Positions 49,654 through 61,543 of a stretch of 64,000 bases of DNA are shown one piece after another. The notes beneath the pieces are model-generated. The model did no database searches. It had not been told where the DNA came from and saw only the letters and a list, made by a program, of their open reading frames with translations. Source of the DNA: a virus; the IMG/VR virus record IMGVR_UViG_3300023109_003600, positions 57,650-121,649 of that record. One strand, given 5' to 3'. The first letter of the stretch is position 1; the number at the start of each line of letters is the position of its first letter. A program made the position numbers and the translations under genes.

Positions 49654-51752
49654 ATTAGAAGATGCAATGAGTAACATGAGTAACATTCAAGATAGCCTTG
49701 ATACACTTATCTATGCGGTTGGAGACGCTCCTCGCAAATATACTGAGGATGAATTACTTAATATGCTAATGGGCACGAGTCAATTGCATCAAACTTGCTA
49801 TGATAATCTATGGATGGAATACGAAAACTTCAAGCGAGAGCACCAAACTTTTGATGAAGACGATATTTTTAACCAAAATTCAAAAACCTTAAAGAACAAA
49901 TAACAACAATGAAGAACTTTACTATTAATGTATTATTTTTTGCATTAATTTTATTAGTTAGTTGCTTCTTAGTATACCAACTATGAAAAACAATTACATT
50001 TCATTGAAATCCGAAATATACAAATTGCAAATAATAAATAAAGCAAATAAGCAAGTAAAAAAATTTTCTAGTAGAGTTTTGCAAGACTTACTAGACATTA
50101 AAAGTGAATACGATAGAAGCAAATATACCACAATAATAGAAGGGTCAGAAATTTATTTATATGAATCATAAAACATGGGAAGTAGAAGAACGCAAAAACG
50201 GAGCAGAAATTTATGTCTCCTCTGAATGGAAATCAATTTTTATCGGAGAAGGATATTCCAACCAAGAACAAGGAGAATCTCTATGTTTGGCAAATGTTAT
50301 TTCAGATGCATTAAATCAACACGAAGAAGAATATCAATGCCATGATAGAGGAAGGAATACGCACTTTAATACTTAAAATAGATTTACAGATAATAATTTA
50401 ACAAATAATAAATAAATAAATAAATAAATGAGCAATACTGAAGAGCAAACCTTAAATCATTTTAGAGAACTGCAACAACAAATAAAAGAGCTTGAGATGG
50501 AGCTAGAATGGGCAGAAAACCAAGAACCCGAAGACTATAAATTTATCACAAAACTAGATAAACAAATAGAGTCTTTGTATAGAGAATTAGATGAAATCGA
50601 TTAAGTTAAAATTATACGGACATTTAGAGGAAGTTAATCTAAAATACTCGCCAAAACAAATAAAGAAAAGGCAATCTTATAATTTTTGGAAACCAATCAT
50701 TCAAGAAACAAAAAATTTGCCGATCAAATATAGAGAAAAAATAAGCACTCAAATATGGCAACAAATGAATGACGCACACAAGTTTGGAACTGAGAAGCAA
50801 TCAGAATACGAGCTTGAAAGTTTAGCTTTTTGTCTGCTCGAAATAGAAGGAAAAATATAATGGACAATTATTCAATAATTGAAGGTATGATTCGGCAAAG
50901 CACAAATAATCCAATCGAGAGGGATACGACAGATGATAGTCTTGTTCCAACTCCTCAATCCGAAACTCAAAAAGGAGAACCTCGCAACGCTTTTTTATTT
51001 GCAGAAGGAGAAGATTTAAGGAAGGAGATGATGAAAAGAATATACGAAGGGGCAGGATACCATAATGAAGACCAAGAGTTTTTTAAGAAGTTAATTGATC
51101 TCATGCACTATGTTAATTTTCTTGAACATAGATTAGAAAAAATAAAGCAAGAAGCAAATGACGCTTGCAAACATTTATGAGTGAGCTTTCTATATTCACA
51201 AATATAATGATAACAATGGGAGTCTTTGCTTTTATTATGTATTTATTTATTATTCTTTTCAGCCAAGACAAATAATGAATTCCCTAAACTTAAATGAAAA
51301 AGTTTTTTCGTACATTAGGATAGATTACTCAAAACCTCCTCCCCACCCTCTTCTTTCCTGTAATCCTGTAAAAATGACAGAATTTGAGGCTCATTCCAGA
51401 AATCAAAGCTTTTCACTTAATGGTCTGACCGAGCGATATATAAAATGCGAGGGATAAATAATAAATAAGGCTTGACAGAAATACTCTTTTATACTAAATT
51501 CTAGTTATGGCAAATAAAAGAGGACGCAAGAAAGGCTATACTCCTTATGTAGATATTACATACGAAGACCTAGGAGAATACTTAGGTCGCAAAGGTATAG
51601 TTAAAGTTAGCAAAGCATGGTTAGAATCTTTAGGTTATCTTATTGAAGGAGATAATGAAATCATTATTCCAAATATAACCTTAAAAGAAATACAATCAAA
51701 CCAAATAGAAAGCGAGGCAGAAATTGAATACAAACTTACACACTTTGAATAG
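49646..51752 (+). CDS. Run of small hypothetical ORFs (about 10, 25-116 aa)
   Basis: Tightly coupled short ORFs typical of phage early regions. Confidence 0.55.
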
Positions 51753-52704
51753 ACATAAACGATACTTTCCCGAATTGATAGGTCAGACGGCTGTCAAAAA
51801 GAAGCTATCTTTTTATCTTGACGCTTTTGAAGCGACAAGGTTATCTCCATTCTTATGTTTAGTTGGTGCAAAAGGTCTAGGAAAAACAGAATTTGCTAAA
51901 GCTTACGCAAGCAATTTGCATAACAACGATGGCAAAGGTAGAGCTTTTCTTGAGTTAAATTGTTCTACCATTAAGAACAACGAACAATTTTTTGAGCAAA
52001 TATTTATGCCAATTATACATGATAACGAAGTTACTATTTTGTTTGACGAGGCTCATGCTTTGCCAAAAGATTTGACTATGGCTTTCTTGACTATTTTCAA
52101 TACAGAAAAGAATGACAAAAAAACATTTGCTTGGGACGGAATGGACTTTGAGTTTGACTTCAAGCGTCAGACATTTATATTTGCAACAACAGAAAGTGAC
52201 AAGATTTTTCCTCCACTTAAAGATCGCTTAACAACCATTGACTTTGAACCATATACTCGAAATGAATTAGCAGAAATAATGAAGGTTGTTTTGCCCGATA
52301 TTTCTTTTGACGATGAAGCTCTTGAGAATGTCTCAAAATCTGTTAGAAGTAACCCTCGTAGTGCAGTTATGCGTTCTAAAGAGATTGGTTTGTATTGTGC
52401 AAGCAAAATGAAGTCAAAGTTCACGCAAGAAGATTTTGTTGAGTTATCAGATGCAGTAGGAATTTTACCTCATGGAATTTCATATACTGAGAGGCAAATA
52501 CTAAGTATCCTTAAAGAGCATGGAAGTTGCACATTAACTGCTTTATGTGCAAAGTTAGGTTTAAGTAAAACATCCGTTCAAAAAGATCACGAAATGTATC
52601 TGTTAAACAAAAATTTTATTGAAATTGACGGAAAGCGTAAGATTACTGCTGACGGCATAAGAATATGCGATCTAGCCAACGCAACCACAAAAGAAAAAGT
52701 ATGA
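51745..52704 (+). CDS. ruvB: RuvB-like AAA+ Holliday-junction branch-migration ATPase
   Basis: LIGQ, GAKGLGKT, LFDEAH, FATT, PLKDR, PR and a C-terminal winged-helix HE.YL....I...G.R.IT..G. Confidence 0.85.
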   Translation: MNRHKRYFPELIGQTAVKKKLSFYLDAFEATRLSPFLCLVGAKGLGKTEFAKAYASNLHNNDGKGRAFLELNCSTIKNNEQFFEQIFMPIIHDNEVTILFDEAHALPKDLTMAFLTIFNTEKNDKKTFAWDGMDFEFDFKRQTFIFATTESDKIFPPLKDRLTTIDFEPYTRNELAEIMKVVLPDISFDDEALENVSKSVRSNPRSAVMRSKEIGLYCASKMKSKFTQEDFVELSDAVGILPHGISYTERQILSILKEHGSCTLTALCAKLGLSKTSVQKDHEMYLLNKNFIEIDGKRKITADGIRICDLANATTKEKV

Positions 52705-55700
52705 GAGATAACGATCCGAGAGAAGATATAGTTTGGAGATTAAGAGATTTACTAAAAGCCAAAGAAATAGATAGAGAAAAAGCATATCAAATATTGATTT
52801 TGTTTGACAAAGGGGTTGAGAAAGGTCAGAATAAAGAAGAATTATATAAAGTGGCAGACGAAGAAATAAAATCATTAACAACAAAAGGAGAAAAGTAATG
52901 CAAGAAATAATAGAAAAAATATATGAGCGTATGCAATTCTGTGCGGACGCACAAGCAACAAGCCAACAAGATGAACATAATTACATTCTTGAGCTAACTT
53001 GCCTGAATGAAGTTTTGGATCAAATAGAAACATTTCCTTGGGGGCATTTTGAAAATGAGTGTGAGTAATTCTTATAGTATATCAATACCATTTTCAGCAG
53101 AAGAGTTGGAAGAAATTTTGCATGAAGATAAGTCATTTGAGTGGGTTTTTCCTACAAATGAAAACGAGAACATCAATATAACAATACATATACATAAGGA
53201 AGAATAAATTATGATAGAATATACAGATGATAATATAGAGTTAGTTGCACAAAAAATTGTAGACGATATGGACTTAGATGATCTTATGTCTTATGTCTAT
53301 GATGACCTTTGTGCAATTATGAATAAAGATGAAGAATTATTTCATACAAATATAGAAAATTTCGGCTATGAGAGCATATCTAATTGAACATTTAAGAGAG
53401 TTAGTTAAGCGAGAGCAAATACCTAAACATCATGCACAAGATGTACTTGAACTTTATGATGATGAATGTGATGACACAAGCGAATATACTGCTTATGATA
53501 AAGCAATGCAAGATGTAGACAACATTATAGCAGGAGAGTGGGATTTATAAAAGGTAATAAAAGGCTTGACGCATCGCAACAATCTGTCATCATAGAAGCA
53601 TGAAGATAAAAAATAAATGGGACGAAGAGTTTGAAGTGAGCGTTGGAGACTATGTAGGATTCAAATGTGACATTGAACAAATTGGGAGAGTAAAAGAGAT
53701 TCAAAGAAGAGGAGCAATGATAGTTGAAAACAAAAATGGATTCGATGGAGACTATATTGGTGGAGATACTGAAGCGTTGGTTGGTTTCGATGAAATATGG
53801 CATGAAGGTTAAAGAATATATTATTAGTATCCCTCTCGATGCCGATCAATTTTGGACTCTGCATTCGGGAGAGTCTTTAACCTTAAAATATAAAACAAAA
53901 GAAGATGAAGATGTGTCAGTAATAGCAAACATATCTTTTGAAGATGAGGATTGGAAGGATTTTGAAAATGAATAATTACTTGAAAGAATTAGAAATAAAA
54001 GAAAATGATAATGGAGATTTATACTTCACTCTGCCTGACGATGTACTCAATCGTTTGGATTGGAAAGAGGGTGATGATCTAAAATTTATAGAGCAAGACG
54101 AAGGCTTTATGATAAAAAAAGTTAGATACGAGAATATAGAATTAGAATTAGATGATGAAGATTTATTCCAACTTATGCAAGACGCACATAAAAACAATGT
54201 AAGCTTTAATGATTATGTTGAACAAATCCTTCAAGAATTCATAAACGAAAATAAAAATGACGCATAAAGATGAAATCTTAGTTTCAAAAAAATACATATC
54301 AAATAAAGCAGACCCTCTGTATATTGTTCGCTCTTGGCATTCAGATCATCTCAATCTATTAACAAAGAAAAAATCTTTAGATGGGGTGGATATTCAATCG
54401 CTTAACTCTTTGGGCTTTGCGTTTGCACTAAATGAGCTTGACAAATATGGAAACAAAGTCTACATTAAGCATAACTTCCGAACAAAAATGGAAAATAGAA
54501 AGACTAAATAACACATTATGAAAATATCAGTAACGCATTATGAAAAAACACATACCTTTGAGGCGACTCAAGATGATTTACCAATAGGCGAAGTTCTTGA
54601 AGCAATGAAAGGCTTATTGGTTAGCATGGGGTTTCATCCTCATAATGTAGACGAGCATTTCAATACAGAATTTCAATGGTTTACGGAAGCAGAACAAAAC
54701 TTGTGTCAAGCGTGGAAAGATATGCAAATTGATGAATCGCTTGCCTCTGAATCAAGAGCGTATGAGTCTCATGTTCAAGCAGAGAGAGATAAGTTGGTTG
54801 AGGAGTATCAAAATAATTTATACAAAGAAGATATAGATATAGAAGCGTTAAATAAAAATAAATTCGAGGGAAATAAATAATGAAACTAACAGAAGATCAA
54901 AAAACGCTATTGGCAAAACACGATTGGAACTTGGTTGAGAACGATGAGGGGAATTGTTCTTGGGTAAGTATTTCCTCTGAAGATGGTTCAATTTATGGCG
55001 AAGTTTGCGATAATTTCGGCTTGACAGGAGACACAGGAGAACTTAAACTATTAGTTATAGGAACAATAGAAGAATGAAACTAAACTTAAATCAAATAATT
55101 TCAATACAAAATATACTAGATTGCATGGAACATTATATGTTAATTGACCACATAAAAGATGAGTACGGAGAAAACGAATGGAGTCAGTTAGGACAAAATG
55201 TACGAGAGTTGCAAAAATTACTAGACAATAACACAACAAAATCAATACCAAATGTTCTTAATAGACCATTTGAAAGAATTGGTTTTTCACACCCTTCTTG
55301 GGAAAAATAATATGAGAACTACGAAACAACAACAGAGAGATGAAGAACCCGATATTGATGATATGCGTTACGATCTCGCAGAAAGAGAAGCAATGAATAT
55401 GGGAGTTTCGCAAATAATAGATATTCTAATATACGGATGCGAAGCGTTAGAAGATATGCCTGATATAGAAATAAAAGATGAGTGGAACAACATTTTCAAA
55501 AATGAATCTTGACAGAGCAATAAGTTTAGTCTTAAATGAAGCAGAAATCTCCTCTTTAGGGAATAAAGATGATAGCCAATCAGAAGTGGTAGAAGCAGTA
55601 GAGCTAGTCAAACAATTTTATGATGAATATGGATTAGTATTTTCAGATTACACGAAAAATTATAACAATAAACAACACAAGGAGATAACGATAAATAAAT

Positions 55701-57584
55701 ATGAATAACATTAACTTTGAATTATTAAGAAAGCAACGAGAACAACTATTGTCTTCAATTTTTGAAGATGAAAATAATGTGCTTTGGACATTGGTAGACG
55801 AGCTTGACAAGGTAATCGAGCTAGAAAACGGATAAAATAAAATGAGTGGAGAGGGTATATGTGTAAGTTTCAAAAGATCAAAAAATACTATTGATTCAAA
55901 TAGTAACCTTCTGAAAAAATTCCAAAGAATTATTTACAATAGCTCTGTAACCAAATATATGAAATGGTACGGAGAGGAGCATAGCGTAGAACTTTTGGAG
56001 TATGGAGATACAGATCAACCAAGGTGGAGGCAAGAATATGTGGCGATAAAAGATACTTTTCAATTTTATATTAGCGTATATGAATCTTGGTCTGAAGATG
56101 CTGATCTTTACGAGTCGCACGAAAGAGAAGATAGTTTTGTTTCTCTCGCTATGAAATTCGCACAAGATAATAATTTGATGTATTTTCCCGAAGGTTTTCC
56201 TAGCGAGTGGATCGAGCAAGAGATTATTGACGGAGAAAAGCATTGGAATCATTTTGTAGTTAAACCCAACGATAAAAATATAGACAAAATATGCGATTTA
56301 TGGAGAGAATATGGTATGTTTAGAGTAACAATTCCAAGGTCAGATGATTCTTTTGTTTGGTCTGAAACAAAAGGTAAAATCAAACTACTTATGGAAAAAA
56401 CTTGACAACATTTTCTTTTTCTGCATTATGGTTGATATGAACGAAATAAATAAAGAAAGTCATAGAGTTGCTGATCTTGGTTTCGATGCAGAGCTTTTGG
56501 TAGCAGATCAAGGAATGCAAATAAACTCTACTCTTAAAAAATTAACAGAACAAACATCAATAAATAATGGCTATACAGACGATGTGAGAATTGAGTTGGG
56601 TAAAATCAATGAAACATTGATTCTTATAGCTCAAATATTAAGGAATAAATAATGGTACTAACAATTATAATGTTAATGGGGATAATTGCACCAAGTTTTA
56701 CATTAGGTTATTATTGGAATTTCTTAATGAGAACGGAAAAGCCACTACCTAAAATAAAAAAGAAAACTGCGTCTACTGAATTAACTCCACCACCTTATTG
56801 AAAAAACTTGACATAAGATAAAAATCTGTCATGCTATGAATTATAAACAGAATAACCCAAACTATAAAATGAAAAATAATACAATCTCAGTTGATGCAGT
56901 TCATGCAAGCGTTGAAGAAGAATTCTACTATATTGATACAGACCTTCCTGTTACACAAGGAGATCATATTGGTTATGATGTAGAATTTGAAAATAGCGTT
57001 GAACTTGTCTTAAATCAAGATGTCTATTGGAGTCCAATAGAATAAGATAAATATAATAAAAATTGAATAAAATAAAAAAAAAGGATAATACCATGTACTT
57101 TGATAAAGAACCAATTTGTTGGAACAACTTCGACCCAAGCGTTATATACTTCAAGAAAGGCTTAGTAACTAAGGGTCTTGATAGCGAGTTAAACTTAATT
57201 TCTTGGAAAACTAAAACTGAATTTTATAAAAACTACGAAAAAGGTGTTTTTGTGCAGTTTGTCAATACTAAAGACGATTATCCCACTGCTCATATAAATT
57301 TTCACAAAAAAGAAAGTGATAGAAGTATAGACAACTTAGTTTATCTTTACTCTCACCATCAAGCATATCACTTTCAACCCAATGCCCAAGGCAGTTGGGT
57401 GAGCATACCCAAAGGAAGTGCAAAACCAACAGACGAAGGTTATGGTATAGAAATGTTTTCAATGACATCTCGTACCCCGATTGAGTTTCAAGAACAAGTT
57501 CAAATCGTTTTATCAGTTCGCAAGTGCTTGGTAGATATGATTTTACCACACAACCAAAAAAAGATGTTGACAAGGGTAGCCTAA
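52701..57584 (+). CDS. Array of about 20 small, mostly acidic hypothetical ORFs
   Basis: Coupled ORFs interspersed with TTGAC promoters (53566, 56402, 56808). Confidence 0.55.
53968..54267 (+). CDS. AbrB/MazE/SpoVT-like DNA-binding protein
   Basis: NGDLYFTLPDDVL..LDWKEGDDL.F swapped-hairpin pattern plus a C-terminal AH..NVSFN.YV..IL segment. Confidence 0.7.
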   Translation: MNNYLKELEIKENDNGDLYFTLPDDVLNRLDWKEGDDLKFIEQDEGFMIKKVRYENIELELDDEDLFQLMQDAHKNNVSFNDYVEQILQEFINENKNDA

Positions 57585-57628
57585 TAACTTACTATGATTG
57601 AATAACAAAAATTCAAACCTTAAAAAAA

Positions 57629-59908
57629 ATGATTATTGCAAAAGAAAAAAGTAAACGAGTTGTACAAAGCCATGACTTCGAGTCAGTCAACTGCACTATT
57701 GATGCAGAAGATATGCGTTATGTTGCATCATTATTGAGAAACAATTATTCAAATCCACCTCTTGCAGTTGTAAGAGAGATTACTGCAAATGGTCTTGATG
57801 CCAACCTAGAAGCAGAATCAAGCAGACCTATTGAGGTGTCTATTCCAACCAAGTTTAGTCCAAGCTTTCGAGTGCGTGATTTTGGTGGTGGGCTATCGCA
57901 AGAAGATGTTTTTGGATTATATTCTAAGTATGGGAAATCCACCAAAAGAGATTCCAATAATTATATTGGTGCTTTTGGCATTGGTAAATTTGCCCCATTA
58001 TCTTATGGAGATAGCTTTACTTGCGTTTCGTATCATGGTGGGAATAAATCCTCTTACAATGTTTTCGTAGATGATAATGATGACACACAAATTGTAAAGT
58101 TGCACGAAGAACCAACCAATGAACCAACAGGTTTGTCGGTCGAGGTTGCTATTGCAGATTCAGATGTAAACAAATTTCGTGAGATTTGCCAAGCATTTTT
58201 TCGCTTTTTCTCTAAAAATGAAATGCCAAAATTTTTAGGTGTTGCAGATGATGAAGAATTTTTGAAAGAATTCAAGATTGCCCTCAAAGATAAGAAAGAT
58301 TCTTGGTTCATGGTTGACGATGAGCAAGATTACTATTCTCGCTCTCATGGGCAAGCTCATGCTTTTATGGGTAGAGTACATTACCCAATCAATGCCTCTT
58401 CAATCAATTTTGATGCGTACCTTGACGAAAAAGATGTCAATGCAATCAGAGAGATATGTCAACAAAGCAATCTTTATATTAGGTTTGATATTGGAGAGTT
58501 GAAATTACATCATAGTAGGGAATCTCTAGAATATAATAAGCCTACGCAAAAGGCAATTATACAAAAAATTGTATCAATTTATAAAGACATTCAAGAATTA
58601 GCTAAAGAAAAATTAGCAAATGCAGAGTGCTTGTGGGATGCGAAATCTAAGTACGCACAGGTCGTTAATGCCCTACCACACTCCTTAAAAGATGTTTTCA
58701 AAAATTGTTTTTCTTGGAATGGTAATTCTATTACCTCATCAGCTTTTTCAAGACCTTATGGTATGCACGAAAACCTTATCATTACTGAATATTCAAAAAG
58801 TAAAGACTCTAATGTTTCGGATGGTTACAAGGTCACTTCTCAAAAGTCAAGCAGAATATTAGCTTATGATTCTAGTGTGCTTGTTTATCAAGATCTGAAA
58901 AGTTCACATGGAAATGCTTTGAGAGCTAGAACATTATTCAATCAAGATGCCGATTTAAGCTCAGTTTTTATAGTTCATGCAACAGATGGAGAGGGAGAAG
59001 ATTATCTCTTCAAGCAAACAGATGGTTTTCGCCTTGACTTAATCTCAAAAGAAAACTTGTTGAATACTTCTGATGTTGAAAAAGCAAAACTGCAAGTAGG
59101 TACTAGAGCTTCGGGAGAGAGTCGTCAAAGCGTTCCAACATTTGTATTTACGGATCATGGTTATAATAATGCAGATAAATGGGCAAACGGAGAGGAGCGT
59201 TCCAATCTTGAGAAAAACCTTAAAAAGGGTGAAAAGTTAGTATATATCGCCATATCAAATTATAAGCCTTCAGATTCAGAATATAGTCTCGATGGGCTAT
59301 CTCGCCAACACAGACATCTTGAAAAATTAGTAAAAGACCTTAAAAAAGATTCTATATCAGTTCTTTATGGTGTTCGTAAAGCAGATGTTTCTAAGCTAGA
59401 CGAAGCAAAATGGATTCATTGGGATCAATACAGAACAGACTTAGCTAAACAACTTTTATTAAGCAATAAAAAAGTTTTGGCTCAATCAGAGATAGAAATG
59501 GCTTTCCTTGAGCATAGGTCAGACATGGAGCATTTTCATCAGATAGATTCTTTGATGACAAATCAATATATCTCAACCTTATTGAGTGAGCTAGATAGCG
59601 ACCATAATGTTCGCTTTGTGCATAACATTGCAAAGAAACAAGGCAAGACAGGTGAATCTAACACTCAAATGCTTTACCAACTAAAAACAATGGTAAATCA
59701 GACTGATAAGCAATGGGTGAAAGATAATTTAGGAAAACCTTATAATTGGAAATCTTTTGACAAATCTTGCAAGCAAATTACTGAAGATTATCCCTTACTA
59801 GAAGTCTTATCTCGCCACCTTTATGGTTGGCACAACATCAAGCAAAGTGGAGAAGGTGAAAAGATAATCGCTTACATTTTACAATGCGACAAACTAAAAA
59901 ACTCTTAA
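57629..59908 (+). CDS. rIIA: rIIA-like protein (N-terminal GHKL domain)
   Basis: YSNP..AVVREI.AN..DA, RDFG.GLS, Y..STK.D, IGAFGIG.F.P.SY, F.IGEL....SRE.L.Y; directly upstream of rIIB. Confidence 0.88.
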   Translation: MIIAKEKSKRVVQSHDFESVNCTIDAEDMRYVASLLRNNYSNPPLAVVREITANGLDANLEAESSRPIEVSIPTKFSPSFRVRDFGGGLSQEDVFGLYSKYGKSTKRDSNNYIGAFGIGKFAPLSYGDSFTCVSYHGGNKSSYNVFVDDNDDTQIVKLHEEPTNEPTGLSVEVAIADSDVNKFREICQAFFRFFSKNEMPKFLGVADDEEFLKEFKIALKDKKDSWFMVDDEQDYYSRSHGQAHAFMGRVHYPINASSINFDAYLDEKDVNAIREICQQSNLYIRFDIGELKLHHSRESLEYNKPTQKAIIQKIVSIYKDIQELAKEKLANAECLWDAKSKYAQVVNALPHSLKDVFKNCFSWNGNSITSSAFSRPYGMHENLIITEYSKSKDSNVSDGYKVTSQKSSRILAYDSSVLVYQDLKSSHGNALRARTLFNQDADLSSVFIVHATDGEGEDYLFKQTDGFRLDLISKENLLNTSDVEKAKLQVGTRASGESRQSVPTFVFTDHGYNNADKWANGEERSNLEKNLKKGEKLVYIAISNYKPSDSEYSLDGLSRQHRHLEKLVKDLKKDSISVLYGVRKADVSKLDEAKWIHWDQYRTDLAKQLLLSNKKVLAQSEIEMAFLEHRSDMEHFHQIDSLMTNQYISTLLSELDSDHNVRFVHNIAKKQGKTGESNTQMLYQLKTMVNQTDKQWVKDNLGKPYNWKSFDKSCKQITEDYPLLEVLSRHLYGWHNIKQSGEGEKIIAYILQCDKLKNS

Positions 59909-59953
59909 AAAAAAAGAGTTGACTTATAATAACTAATATAATACTATATATAA

Positions 59954-61039
59954 ATGATTGAGAAAAATAATATGAAATTACCATACAACATAAGCGAGGA
60001 TTCCATTACTATCTTTTACGATGGACAACCTCATACAATAAGAAAAGACAATGCAAACTTTCCTCATGCAAGAAAAGCTTTGATAGAAGCAAGATATGAT
60101 GATGTAGTTGGCTTGCTAGATGTGAAGAGTGCAGTAGAGAACTTTGTTCAAGGCGATATTGAAGTCAAGGACGAGGTAGTTTATTACAAAGGAAATCGTT
60201 TGCATGGAGTAGTGGTAGACAAACTGCTCTCAATGCTTCAGCAAGGAATGAAAGATTCTACTCCTCTTGTTAGTTTTATTACAAGATTGCAAGCCAATCC
60301 TTCGGCTAATTCTGTAAATGAGCTTTATTCCTTTATGGATTACAAAGAGCTTCCAAGCACTCCCGAAGGTAAAGTCTTGGGGTACAAAGGAGTTCAGCAT
60401 GACTTTTGGAGTAGCACAGGTAATGCAGATACGATTGTCGTTCAAGGCGAAACCAATGATAGGCATCAGATTCTTAATGAGGTCGGAGAAACTATCGAGG
60501 TTGCTCGCAGATGCGTAGACGACAACAAAGATCACCATTGCTCTTTTGGTCTTCATGTCGGTTCATACGATTACGCTAATCAATGGGCGGGAGAAGATGG
60601 TCGTTTATTAGTTGTAGAGTTTGATCCCTCAGACGCAGTTTCAGTACCAACTGATTGTAATTTTCAAAAATTAAGGGTCTGCAAGTACAAGGTAGTGTCT
60701 GACATTACTGATACTCGCAAAGAGCTAACCAAGCCTGTCTACGAGGCTAATAAGCCCATCTACGGATCAAACGAGATAGATTTGCATGATGACTACGATT
60801 ATGATGAAGATTTCTACGAGCAAGAAGATTGGGAATCAGATTCTCTTAACCTCTCAATTAGGAATTATATCGAGAATAAGTTAGAAGAAGGTGTCTTACC
60901 AAGTCTCAAACAAGTTCAGAGTAGGTTGAAAGGTGAAAAAATATCTTGCAGAGAAATCGCACAAGTGGCAGAAAAATTAGGTTACTTCGTTAATACAGAT
61001 GAAGATATTGCTTTTTCTCAGTCAAAAATTTCTGAATAA
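59954..61039 (+). CDS. rIIB: rIIB-like protein
   Basis: NPS......LY.F, TPEG..LGYKGV, R..VDD.....CSFGLHVG..DYA, P.D.VSVP.D....K.RVC.Y. Confidence 0.9.
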   Translation: MIEKNNMKLPYNISEDSITIFYDGQPHTIRKDNANFPHARKALIEARYDDVVGLLDVKSAVENFVQGDIEVKDEVVYYKGNRLHGVVVDKLLSMLQQGMKDSTPLVSFITRLQANPSANSVNELYSFMDYKELPSTPEGKVLGYKGVQHDFWSSTGNADTIVVQGETNDRHQILNEVGETIEVARRCVDDNKDHHCSFGLHVGSYDYANQWAGEDGRLLVVEFDPSDAVSVPTDCNFQKLRVCKYKVVSDITDTRKELTKPVYEANKPIYGSNEIDLHDDYDYDEDFYEQEDWESDSLNLSIRNYIENKLEEGVLPSLKQVQSRLKGEKISCREIAQVAEKLGYFVNTDEDIAFSQSKISE

Positions 61040-61062
61040 ATAAAACTTACAAATATAAAATT

Positions 61063-61329
61063 ATGGAAACAACAACACAAACAAGCGAAGCATTACAAAA
61101 TGCAGTTCAACAAGCAAACGATGCACAATTAGATGCAACATGGGCAATTCTTAAATATAGAGAAATTGGAATTTATCGAAAGGTTGCTTCAATCAGCGAG
61201 GTACTTAACTTAGATTTTGATGAAATTGTGGCAAGTTTACCTTCTGATGAAGATGGTCGCATTCTTGACCATAAAACTAGGCATTTGATCCACGATGCGT
61301 TAATGACGCAAGTAGATCATAGGGAATAA
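61063..61329 (+). CDS. Hypothetical protein
   Basis: 88-aa ORF after rIIB. Confidence 0.7.
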   Translation: METTTQTSEALQNAVQQANDAQLDATWAILKYREIGIYRKVASISEVLNLDFDEIVASLPSDEDGRILDHKTRHLIHDALMTQVDHRE

Positions 61330-61392
61330 AGAAAGAGCCGATTGTAAGATTGGGGTTTTTTTAGGATTGGACTCTCTTATTCGTCATAACTG

Positions 61393-61430
61393 CTCCTCAC
61401 CATGTTATATGTGGTGGGGAGTTTTTTTTT
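61393..61430 (+). terminator. Rho-independent terminator
   Basis: CTCCTCACCATG-ttata-TGTGGTGGGGAG stem (with G-U pairs) followed by T9. Confidence 0.85.
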
Positions 61431-61491
61431 ATTTGAACTAAAGTAAAATTGACTTTCTAATCGTTAGCACTCATAGAAAATCATTACTTAC

Positions 61492-61543
61492 TTATATACA
61501 AAATTATATACAAAAAGAAATAATTCAAAATATAATTCAAAAT
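61492..61543. repeat. Two adjacent 12-bp tandem duplications
   Basis: TTATATACAAAA x2 (61492-61515) and ATAATTCAAAAT x2 (61520-61543). Confidence 0.8.

Noticed and set aside
50403-50428. (TAAA)n microsatellite
   Set aside because: Short low-complexity spacer in AT-rich DNA, with no evidence of phase variation.
581-60556. Most minus-strand and nested ORFs in the track (e.g. 3540-3914, 8521-8919, 9768-10010, 29093-29446, 60230-60556)
   Set aside because: Shadows of well-supported + strand genes or of the structured RNA; no motifs or promoter.
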